From the NCBI GenBank assembly GCA_965216565.1, contig OZ244170.1, forward strand, positions 1,280,001-1,344,000: DNA of 64,000 nucleotides, written 5' to 3'. A program made the translations under genes and the position numbers. Below, in pieces: positions 55,952 through 64,000 of this stretch (within the stretch, counting starts at the first letter, position 1; each line of letters begins with the position of its first letter). The stretch is from Bythopirellula sp. GTDB lineage: Bacteria; Planctomycetota; Planctomycetia; Pirellulales; Lacipirellulaceae. The notes below the pieces were generated by a model that worked only from the letters and a program-made list of their open reading frames with translations, was not told the DNA's origin and searched no databases.

Positions 55952-57082
55952 CTAGGGAAGCTGCGCGACTTCATTTCCCGCCTTGGTAGACAGACTTCGA
56001 TAGAGCTGATGGTCGATTCCTTCTTGGAGAAATCGCACAGACGCGTCAGCCATGGCAAAATTTCCGCCTCCCGGATGAAGGCTTCGAAAACCTCTCACGT
56101 TCACCCATTCCAGCCCCGATGAGATTTCCTCGAGCGAAAGGGGAGAGAAGTAATTGAACTGCATATTGCAACTCGCCCAATCGCCTTCAGAGAGATAGGC
56201 CGTCGAATGAGGATCCTGTTCGACTACCGATTCGCCTACCATAAATGTGCTGCTTAAACCGTCGGTGATACGCTTAAACGGAATTGGGTCGTAATAGCTG
56301 AATTTCCAGAATAGTCCGTTGCAGCCCAGGCTCTCAAAGCAGCCAGGACTGGTGCCCGAAGATGAGTCATTCCAGAGCCCATCTGGGAATGGAAAAATAT
56401 GTTCGAGAATCGTAGTATCACCTGCGACGCCTTTATAATTGGTTACTGCTGAGACAACATTGCGCGTGGCAGATTTGTCTAACCAGGGATACATACCCAC
56501 CCTGGGGAAAGCCGAGGCGTCTGACGGACAGGTGAGCACCGGAAGCTGCCTGGTCAATTCCTCGCGAACTTCTGGCCGTCCCATGCCTCGGCCGTTCCTA
56601 CTGGTGGCCAAGAAGTTCATGTTTGAAGAACTGGGATCATCGAATCCAGGCTTCATGGCTTCGTAGAACGCACTTTGTTCCAGTTGAGGCAAAATCGCCA
56701 CGATCCAGCCGCGACCATTGAGATTGTTCTCTCGCTTATACTCTGACGGATCAGGATTCGATCCCAGAGCCGGATCAGCATAGAACTCACCACCGAACCT
56801 ACCAGTGGTGCTGTCTGCCGCTGTAACGCCATAAGGGAGATGGCCGTTGCTGTTATGGTAGTTGTGGATGGCCAGAGCGACGTTCTTGACGTTGTTTGCG
56901 CACGACATCCGGCGTGCGGCTTCTCGCGCGGCCTGCACCGCAGGCAGGAGAAGCGCCACCAGCACACCAATAATGGCGATAACCACTAACAACTCAACTA
57001 GTGTAAAACCCTTCCGCGAGCTGCCCCATCGTGGAAGGTGTAGATTTCTTTTCACAGTAAATGCACTCTCCAACCAGCTCAT
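55952..57082 (-). CDS. DUF1559 prepilin-type N-terminal cleavage/methylation protein
   Basis: GFTLVELLVVIAIIGVLVALLLPAVQAAREAARR, ITDGLSST, H-x9-D (HPGGGNFAMADASV). Confidence 0.95.
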   Translation of the reverse strand: MSWLESAFTVKRNLHLPRWGSSRKGFTLVELLVVIAIIGVLVALLLPAVQAAREAARRMSCANNVKNVALAIHNYHNSNGHLPYGVTAADSTTGRFGGEFYADPALGSNPDPSEYKRENNLNGRGWIVAILPQLEQSAFYEAMKPGFDDPSSSNMNFLATSRNGRGMGRPEVREELTRQLPVLTCPSDASAFPRVGMYPWLDKSATRNVVSAVTNYKGVAGDTTILEHIFPFPDGLWNDSSSGTSPGCFESLGCNGLFWKFSYYDPIPFKRITDGLSSTFMVGESVVEQDPHSTAYLSEGDWASCNMQFNYFSPLSLEEISSGLEWVNVRGFRSLHPGGGNFAMADASVRFLQEGIDHQLYRSLSTKAGNEVAQLP

Positions 57083-57197
57083 AACTGGTAATCTCTTGCG
57101 TGGTTTGGTTTTTCCAACCTGAATTACTAGCCCCAGTTTTTGGCAGAAATAGATGCGGCGGCTATTGAAAAAAACAATAGAAGGAGCCAATCTGCGT

Positions 57198-58643
57198 TTA
57201 GGTGCGGTACCTTCTACCCATTGTGCACATCACCATACCGAAGGCTATAACAATGCATGAGGGTTCCGGAACAGCATTGAGCAACGGTACCGGAATAAGC
57301 GCTATATCGTTTCCGCCTGCTCCATACACGTAAGTAATTGCCCGCCCGCCACTATTCGGAACGAAAGCACCTTCCGGCAGTCCCTCGAATGAGCCGTTGA
57401 TTGCGGTAAGACTTTGATTGTCCACCAGCAGGATATCTCCGAGAGGCGGAGCGTTTGTAGTCAGATCAACAACTAGGCTCGCAGAACCTTCAGACAATCC
57501 GTAGTTGGCTTCATAGTCAGATAGGTCACCCACGTTAGGGTCGGTTTGCCACAACAGGAAATCAAGGCCAGTGACTGTGCCGTCGAGGTCAAAGTCGCCG
57601 GCAATGCCTAGATCATTCAGCCAAACACTGTCAGTTACCTCGATGGGGGTGACTCCACCTGAGTCAGAGGTGAAGCTAAGAGTTCCTTTAGCAATCGTTT
57701 CATTACCAGCTCCTGCGCTGTTGTAGCCCATTTGCAAAGAGGTGGCAATTATTGATGCAGTGCTGCCAGTGATGCTCACCACGCCGGTCGCGTCATCTCG
57801 GCCTACACGGAAGTTTTCGATATCTAGCTGAGCGGTGCCACTTATGTTAAGAGCCCCTTTGGCGCCCCCATTCTGCCCGACATTAAGTTCTGAAAAGACG
57901 TTTAAGCTGCCTCCAGAAATATTGTATTCTCCCTCGGCATCATTTTCGCCGATGTTGAACCAATTAGCGACTTCTACTGTTCCACCGGTCTGATCGAGCT
58001 GGCCGTAACCACCATTGTTGTGGCCCAAGTTCACGGCACCGACTTCCATTAGAGCGTTACCGCTCACCGTTATGTATCCTTCATTGCGGTTGTTCGGGTC
58101 GGGGTGAGGTCCACCTTCAGTACCCACAAGCAACGCAGGAGTGTTATTGAATATTGCACTTCCGGACAAGTTATATCGACCGATTGACGGATTCGATGCC
58201 GAACCATTCGCTCCAATAAATGCCCAGTTGCCACTGGTATTGAGAGTACCGGCCGAGTGATTTAGTGTGCCGTCTCCGCCGTCTCCATTTCCAATACGTA
58301 AGTCGCGAAATGTATTTGCAACTGCAACAGGGCCATTTAAGTCTACAACCGCAGGATTTTGGTAGGCTTGGCCATCTCCGCCGTTATTGGGATCAGAAGT
58401 TCCGACTTGGCCAATGACCGCATCATCGACTTCCGTTGCGCTGCCTGGGAGCGGATTGGTTCCAGGTATCGTGTTATTCTCCCAGTTATTGGGATCATTG
58501 AAGTCGGTAGTACCTGCTCCGCCGTTGAAGACTATCGCCTCTGTTGTGGTTGGAAACAAAAGCAGCAAAGTACAACCAAAGCATGCAGACAAAAAGCACT
58601 GCTTTACTGAATATTTGAAAACACGCAGATTCATTTGATTCAC
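57198..58643 (-). CDS. Secreted Gly/Asn-rich beta-solenoid-like PEP-CTERM protein with dockerin-like insert
   Basis: Signal peptide, G-x-Y-N-x-S-G-G repeats, GDFDLDGTVTGLDFLLWQ, VPEP + TM + RRYR. Confidence 0.88.
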   Translation of the reverse strand: MNQMNLRVFKYSVKQCFLSACFGCTLLLLFPTTTEAIVFNGGAGTTDFNDPNNWENNTIPGTNPLPGSATEVDDAVIGQVGTSDPNNGGDGQAYQNPAVVDLNGPVAVANTFRDLRIGNGDGGDGTLNHSAGTLNTSGNWAFIGANGSASNPSIGRYNLSGSAIFNNTPALLVGTEGGPHPDPNNRNEGYITVSGNALMEVGAVNLGHNNGGYGQLDQTGGTVEVANWFNIGENDAEGEYNISGGSLNVFSELNVGQNGGAKGALNISGTAQLDIENFRVGRDDATGVVSITGSTASIIATSLQMGYNSAGAGNETIAKGTLSFTSDSGGVTPIEVTDSVWLNDLGIAGDFDLDGTVTGLDFLLWQTDPNVGDLSDYEANYGLSEGSASLVVDLTTNAPPLGDILLVDNQSLTAINGSFEGLPEGAFVPNSGGRAITYVYGAGGNDIALIPVPLLNAVPEPSCIVIAFGMVMCTMGRRYRT

Positions 58644-58770
58644 CCTTTATTCCGAGTTACCCGATGAAGGTACTTTTCACAATAAGCATTTGACGAATGC
58701 AGGAGTTCCACCCAGAAGAATCCTACATTGCCTGTAACTGATTCAGCGATTGCTAGTCTGTTCAAGAAAC

Positions 58771-58798
58771 AAATACACTGAAATCCACAAAAGTGGAC
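58771..58798 (-). promoter_or_regulatory. Candidate ECF sigma promoter
   Basis: Minus strand GTCCACTTTT-N12-GTATTT, with the same boxes and spacing as the motif upstream of the ECF gene. Confidence 0.7.
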
Positions 58799-58863
58799 AA
58801 GAAAATCGCAGGGATCTCGATTTCTATCAGACTCTTGGAACCTCTCCGTTCAGCAATGGACAA

Positions 58864-58899
58864 TGGGCTACCTGAATTCTCATGAGTTCAGGTAGCCCA
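58864..58899 (-). terminator. Hairpin between the two PEP-CTERM genes
   Basis: TGGGCTACCTGAATTC-TCAT-GAGTTCAGGTAGCCCA. Confidence 0.7.
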
Positions 58900-59032
58900 C
58901 TGAATACCGATATTCACTTCGGATGTGGGCAACCACCTGCATGCTTTTGCAAGAATGCAGCCCTGCCATCATCTCGAGAGCAAAATCTCTAACAAATTGT
59001 CAGCTCAATGAATAAGCAGAGGTCTGCATTAC

Positions 59033-60280
59033 TCAGAAGCTGCTGTTGCGGCGTCTTGTCCACAAACTTGCTCCCACGCCAACTACAAGCAACATGCATG
59101 TCATGGGCTCGGGAACGAGAGCAATATTGTTGCCATCGCCAAACGTGTAGGTGATGGTTCGTCCGTTACTACCAGGTACTGCAGCACCTTCTGGCAGACC
59201 TGTGAACTCGCCGGTGAGCGATCCGCCGACGTCGACCAAAAGGATCGCGCCACCTGGATCTCCGCCGCTGAGGTCAACACTCAGGTTAGCGATGCCATTG
59301 GTTCCCCCTTGAGCATTGTTGAGCGTAACGTTGCCCACTACGTCGAGCACACTCACGCCACCGCCGTCGGAGAAGAAGTTCACGGTACCTGAACTATTGT
59401 TGCTAAACCCACCGTCGTTACCGGCAAGTGATAGTTGAGCTACATCGAAGTTCACGCCACTACCATTGACATTGAGGACGCCGGTGCCATCGTCACGGCC
59501 AAGGCGGGCATTGCCACCGCTGATGGCGGAGGAACCACTAACATTCAAGGTTCCACTAGCACCGCTATTCTGTCCGACAGACAGTTCGCCAAAGCTCAAG
59601 CTGCCGCCGGTCATGTTGTATTCACCTGTGGCTCCACCGGTGTCGCCGATGTTCATCCAATTGCTTACTGCGACAGAACCACCGGATTGGTTCACAATAC
59701 CGATGTTGTTGTCGTTGTTACCAACGCCAAGAGCGTCGGCGTTTAATTGTGCTGTGTCTGCAACAGAAATTGTGCCGACGTTCTCAAGACCAGCCGCATG
59801 TGGCGTGCCACCGGTGCCAGTCAGGATCGGACCACCAAGGTTATTCCAGACTGCGTCGTTTGAGAGATTGTAAGTACCAGTCGACGGGTTGTTCGGGTCA
59901 CCATCCACACCGATGAAGGCCCAACCACCAGAATTAAGTGTGCCACCGCTCTGGTTGACGACACCGACGGCATTATTCAAACGACCAACTCGCAATTCAC
60001 CGATGGTGTCGGTGGTAAGCGGGCCAGAGATATTGGCCGTGGCGTTTAGAAGAGCTCCTGCCACAGCGCCAGGATCAACACCAACATCGATCAGGCCATC
60101 TGCTGCGGAGGGAAGAGTGTTTCCGGTCCAGTTATTGGGATCGTCCCAGTCGCCGGGATTTGCAGTATCGCCGTCGAAGCCGCGCTGAGCTACTGCTGTT
60201 CCGGCGATTAGGCATGTACACATTAGCACAGCCAGCAGTGATGAAAGATTATTGAACAGTCTTCGCTTCATTAGGGTCAC
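59033..60280 (-). CDS. Secreted PEP-CTERM protein, paralog of 57198-58643
   Basis: GGAGG RBS, signal peptide, shared DPNNW / WAFIG / GLPEGA blocks, VPEP + TM + RRR. Confidence 0.9.
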   Translation of the reverse strand: MTLMKRRLFNNLSSLLAVLMCTCLIAGTAVAQRGFDGDTANPGDWDDPNNWTGNTLPSAADGLIDVGVDPGAVAGALLNATANISGPLTTDTIGELRVGRLNNAVGVVNQSGGTLNSGGWAFIGVDGDPNNPSTGTYNLSNDAVWNNLGGPILTGTGGTPHAAGLENVGTISVADTAQLNADALGVGNNDNNIGIVNQSGGSVAVSNWMNIGDTGGATGEYNMTGGSLSFGELSVGQNSGASGTLNVSGSSAISGGNARLGRDDGTGVLNVNGSGVNFDVAQLSLAGNDGGFSNNSSGTVNFFSDGGGVSVLDVVGNVTLNNAQGGTNGIANLSVDLSGGDPGGAILLVDVGGSLTGEFTGLPEGAAVPGSNGRTITYTFGDGNNIALVPEPMTCMLLVVGVGASLWTRRRNSSF

Positions 60281-60723
60281 CCTCCAATCGTTTGAAATAG
60301 GCTATCAGCCATGAAAATCAAAACTAAAGATACGAAACTATTAATTGCCTCGGAAACCGTGAAGGCTCCAAGCATGTCTGCCATCGATTCTTATGGTGAA
60401 CAAAACCAGACAAGTTTGCCCTGAAATCTAACTTCAAGACACATTTGCGAGAGGCACACGACTCGTAAAGTTAAGAAGAGACGACTCTAGCACTTCACTT
60501 ATGTACCTATCTATGCATCTTATACTGAGAAAGCCCCAAATCTTCCCAGGAAAAACTCAAAAAAGTCGCCCAATCCCTGAAACAAATTTTCACAGAGGAT
60601 GTTAGTGCCACATAAACACTATAGATTCGCAAATTTTGTATGGCATCCGGAGATTGCCGTGCAAACAAAGAAATACGGCCCAGATTCAGAATCAACAGAA
60701 ATCAATCTGAAGTGAATTTTCTA

Positions 60724-60751
60724 GTCCACTTTTCCACAGTGGAGCGTATTT
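60724..60751 (+). promoter_or_regulatory. Candidate autoregulatory ECF promoter
   Basis: GTCCACTTTT-N12-GTATTT, 85 nt upstream of the ECF start. Confidence 0.7.
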
Positions 60752-60836
60752 GATTCTGAGGAGAAAGAACGATCTGATGGGGGGTGTCCCCAGAGTCGAG
60801 GATTGTTGCTTGGCTAGATGAAGTTTCAGGAAGTGC

Positions 60837-61385
60837 ATGGAAAGATTTAATCCATCATCGAAATCAGGGGACTCTGAGCGAATAGCCGAGTTTGTGGAAC
60901 TGTATTCGCAGCACTACCAACGTTTGCAGTATTACGTGATGGCTTTGCTGCCAACCCCGACCGATGCAGCCGACGTGCTACAGGAAACAAGTTTGGTCTT
61001 GTGGAAAAAGTTTGAAACGTTTGAATCCGGGACCAACTTCTTCGCCTGGGCGTGCACGATTGCTCGATTGCAAACAAAGAAGCACTACCAGTCGACGAAT
61101 CGCAGTGCCGTGCTGCTAGCCGAATCCACGCTTGAGCTAGTTGCGACTGAAGCGATGGAAGCTGTCAATAATCCAACACTAGCGATGGACGCGCTGGAGT
61201 CGTGCCTTGATAAGCTCGATGAATCAGACCGAAAGTTGATCTGTCGCCGATACGAGGCCGGTGTCTCTGTGAAGGCGATTGCGGCTGAGATTGGTGTCAC
61301 CCCAAATTTCCTATCCAAGACCTTTAGTAGAATTCGACGTAACCTGCTGACTTGCATTCAAGCAACTCTAGCAAGAGAAGCATAA
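60837..61385 (+). CDS. ECF sigma-70 factor (Rhodopirellula/Verrucomicrobium type)
   Basis: DAADVLQET..LWKK, GTNFFAWACTIAR, ALESCLDKL, RIRRNLLTCI. Confidence 0.93.
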   Translation: MERFNPSSKSGDSERIAEFVELYSQHYQRLQYYVMALLPTPTDAADVLQETSLVLWKKFETFESGTNFFAWACTIARLQTKKHYQSTNRSAVLLAESTLELVATEAMEAVNNPTLAMDALESCLDKLDESDRKLICRRYEAGVSVKAIAAEIGVTPNFLSKTFSRIRRNLLTCIQATLAREA

Positions 61386-61410
61386 GAACCGATTCATTCC
61401 GTACACAAAT

Positions 61411-63837
61411 ATGTCCGACAACTCCCATAGCTCTCGATCGACAGCAGACGTTGACCAGCTCGATTCGGCCAAGCGTCGCGAATTGCACAGGTTGTGCGGC
61501 CGCGCCTACGACGAAGTCTTGACCGAGGAGGATAAAGCTCTGCTCGACACTCTTCTCTCTGAAAGTCGAGCTGCCAGAGCCTTGTACTTTCAATACGTTG
61601 AACTTCACACACTAATGCTCGCCAAAGTGGGCATCGGTGAGCAGCGCGAAGCCGAGGCGCTAAGGGAACGTGTCAGTGCTGAATGTGGCGATGAGGAAGT
61701 TGACGCTACAGATTCATTGAAGAGAGTCGCGAACCACACTTTACAGAACGCCAACCTTAAGAGCCGTGCGAATCTCTTACTTAGCCTGGCCGCGTTACTG
61801 TTGCTTGCTGTCACCGTTGGCGTTGCAGTGTTTTCCAATCAAGCTGCAAACAGTCCGCAAAGTTCAACGGTCGCTGAATCGCAATCAGTTTTAGACAAAA
61901 GCGTTGTTGGCGCTGAAGAACCCGTAAATCAAATTCAGTTAAGCTACATGTCACCGGCAACGCAATGGCTGGGGGATGCATCGTTCGGGCCATCGAACGA
62001 GATTCCATCTGGTCAGCGACTGCAAATTGGCACCGGTGAAATTGAACTTACCTACGCTTCCGGGACCAAGCTGCTTCTCGTCGGCCCGGCTGAATTCTTG
62101 GTCGAACCCATTGGGGGGCAACTTTACAGAGGAGGTTTGGTTGCCTCAGTTTCGGAAGAGGGCCATGGGTTCACCATCACCACGCCTAGCGGCAAAGTTG
62201 TCGACCTTGGTACAGAGTTTGGCGTAGCCGTCGACGACTTTGGTCTGTCCGAAGTAAGTGTCTTCCAAGGTAAAGTAGAAGCCTTTTACAACCTCCCAGA
62301 CGGCCGCAAGAAGAAGCACGAATTAACCAAAGGACGCGGGTTGCAGTGGAACGAGAAAGATCACCAACTCTTGGACGCTGATTTGCGTCGCTTCGCCGCC
62401 TCGGTTCTAGATCAGATGCCGAGGGGTGAACACACAGATTCAGAAGGCCGTGTCACGCTAGTGGACAAGTTTCGGCAGGCGTCCTTAGATCATCGCAAGT
62501 GGAAAGTCCTAGGGGATGTGAATACCACAGTCGACGGGTTGCGACTCAATGGGGACGGTACTGCAGAGAATCTCCCCTATGTGATTTCGAGTAGGGAGTA
62601 CGATCCCTCGCAAGGACCGATCTCTGTGACCTGCGATTTTCGATTTGTCGAAGGTAGCATTTTGGGCCCAGCTTCCTTATCGGTACTGACACGTTCAGTG
62701 GATCAGCGGGGAGTCGCACTTGGTCCCTCGGCGGGCGTTCTTGCTTCCTGTGCTCGCTGCAGTCTCGAAATTAATGCGAATGACCCGCTAGACGGTGTAC
62801 TCTTGACGGGAATCAAGATGGAAAGCGACCGAGAAGTTTCCCACCTCTCTGGGAGTCGTTTCCACCAGCCCTTGCCAAATGCGACCTATCGGCTCGTTGT
62901 TCAGGATGACGGTGTCAATGTGACCCTTACCGTATCTCTGCGAGATAATCCTTCCATCAGTAAGACGGTGACATGTCGTTCGCTATTTCGGGGCGGTGCA
63001 AATCACATTGCAATTGAAGGGGCGCTTGCGGGGTCGGTGATAGTCGACGAAGTAAGGATCACTCAGGATCTAGCCGGCGAGGCTCTTTCTAGCTATGCCG
63101 ATTTCACTTCCATGCTCCATCGGCAGCGACTGCAAACTAGCATTGAACAAGAGATATTCAAAACATTCGTCCCAACCAATGGGAAACTTGTTTTAGAAGA
63201 CGATTTTGAGGACGAGCAGCTCAACCAGCAGCTCTGGAACACGCTGGGAGAAACTCGCATTCTTGACGGGGCAGTTCAGCTAGGTCTTCCGAATGATGAA
63301 GGACGCATCAATACGTGGAAGGCTCGTCCCTACCTAATTACCCAAGACGAATACGACCCAGGCGTAGCATCTCTTACAATACTGGGAAAAATTACCTTTG
63401 CCGATAACTTTCTAAACGGGTACGGAGCTTCGTTCGCAGTCATGACTCGCGCTGACAGGGAGCTGGGGCAGGGACCTGGTTGGGAATACTCGATCCTCCG
63501 CCAGGGTATGCGCGCTAACTTCTGGCCCGCTGCGTGGAATTCGGAACACAGCTTGGAAATCCACGAAAAACCTTCGTCCAACACAATCACACTACTGGCC
63601 ACCCAAGGCGCGGAAGTCGACCCCAAGAAAAAATCCTATCTGTTCCAAGTAATCGACGACGGTAGCAATGTTGCTCTTACGATCGTAGACCCTCTACAGC
63701 CGAAGTTTCCCATTAAGATCTCTTCACCAACCAACACTACGCTCCGAACTGGTCACATTGGCTTCGAAAGTTGCTGGGGTTCTCCTATCTTGCTCGATAA
63801 CATTCGGATCTATCAAAACTTCGAGAGATCCGAATAG
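61411..63837 (+). CDS. FecR-like anti-sigma factor with duplicated extracytoplasmic beta-sandwich domains
   Basis: N-terminal anti-sigma helices, TM, GFTITTPSGKVVDLGTEFGV..VFQGKV, two similar C-terminal repeats. Confidence 0.88.
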   Translation: MSDNSHSSRSTADVDQLDSAKRRELHRLCGRAYDEVLTEEDKALLDTLLSESRAARALYFQYVELHTLMLAKVGIGEQREAEALRERVSAECGDEEVDATDSLKRVANHTLQNANLKSRANLLLSLAALLLLAVTVGVAVFSNQAANSPQSSTVAESQSVLDKSVVGAEEPVNQIQLSYMSPATQWLGDASFGPSNEIPSGQRLQIGTGEIELTYASGTKLLLVGPAEFLVEPIGGQLYRGGLVASVSEEGHGFTITTPSGKVVDLGTEFGVAVDDFGLSEVSVFQGKVEAFYNLPDGRKKKHELTKGRGLQWNEKDHQLLDADLRRFAASVLDQMPRGEHTDSEGRVTLVDKFRQASLDHRKWKVLGDVNTTVDGLRLNGDGTAENLPYVISSREYDPSQGPISVTCDFRFVEGSILGPASLSVLTRSVDQRGVALGPSAGVLASCARCSLEINANDPLDGVLLTGIKMESDREVSHLSGSRFHQPLPNATYRLVVQDDGVNVTLTVSLRDNPSISKTVTCRSLFRGGANHIAIEGALAGSVIVDEVRITQDLAGEALSSYADFTSMLHRQRLQTSIEQEIFKTFVPTNGKLVLEDDFEDEQLNQQLWNTLGETRILDGAVQLGLPNDEGRINTWKARPYLITQDEYDPGVASLTILGKITFADNFLNGYGASFAVMTRADRELGQGPGWEYSILRQGMRANFWPAAWNSEHSLEIHEKPSSNTITLLATQGAEVDPKKKSYLFQVIDDGSNVALTIVDPLQPKFPIKISSPTNTTLRTGHIGFESCWGSPILLDNIRIYQNFERSE

Positions 63838-63852
63838 CGAGAACTTACATAG

Positions 63853-64000
63853 ATGAAACCTGCCTTCTCGAACGTCACCGTACCCAGTCTTGGCGCTCAT
63901 TCTTCATTGGTTACGCAGTGCGTCGCATTTCTTTTGGCAGTAGCTTCGTTTCTAATCTTTGCTGTACCTCTGGAAGCAGAGAGCCTACCAGCGATCGAAC
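63853..64000 (+). CDS. Start of secreted protein (truncated by window end)
   Basis: ATG 15 nt after the FecR stop; open to the window end; signal-peptide-like VAFLLAVASFLIFAVPLEA. Confidence 0.65.
   Translation, partial: MKPAFSNVTVPSLGAHSSLVTQCVAFLLAVASFLIFAVPLEAESLPAIE

Noticed and set aside
1..64000. CRISPR array, rRNA, anti-phage defence genes
   Set aside because: No regularly spaced direct repeats, rRNA-like sequence or defence motifs were seen by eye; DxDxDG and TPR repeats are protein-coding.

Overview
Bacterial chromosomal window, most likely from a planctomycete of Pirellulales/Lacipirellulaceae type. This is inferred from the DUF1559 prepilin-like protein, PEP-CTERM proteins with a dockerin-like motif, CRTAC1/ASPIC proteins and an ECF-FecR pair. 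Five blocks are visible. (1) 1-6.5 kb: argB/argA-like genes, a second GNAT, an ATP-grasp ligase, a large protein with an apparent calpain/papain-type Gln/Cys/His/Asn catalytic set, and a PLP aminotransferase, lying at the 3' side of tRNA-Pro(GGG). (2) 7.5-22 kb: a putative surface-modification locus (Thr-type sulfatase-TPR, PEP-CTERM protein, membrane/spermidine-synthase-like fusion, sulfotransferase, two nucleotide-pyrophosphatase paralogs, a small RHH-like protein with an LGY tail, a DUF106/Oxa1-like membrane protein, galE). (3) 22.5-42.3 kb: a general-stress gene island between two decayed IS fragments, carrying its own receiver-less sigma54 activator, three sigma54 promoters and a recurring candidate enhancer palindrome. 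(4) 42.5-55.4 kb: a CRTAC1/FG-GAP + penta-heme cytochrome operon containing a KamA-like radical SAM aminomutase with altered substrate residues and a Cys-rich partner. (5) 55.4-64 kb: an ECF sigma/FecR pair with a repeated promoter motif next to two paralogous PEP-CTERM genes, DUF1559 and its lipoprotein partner. No rRNA, CRISPR array or intact mobile element was seen. All family calls come from motif recognition by eye, not from database searches.
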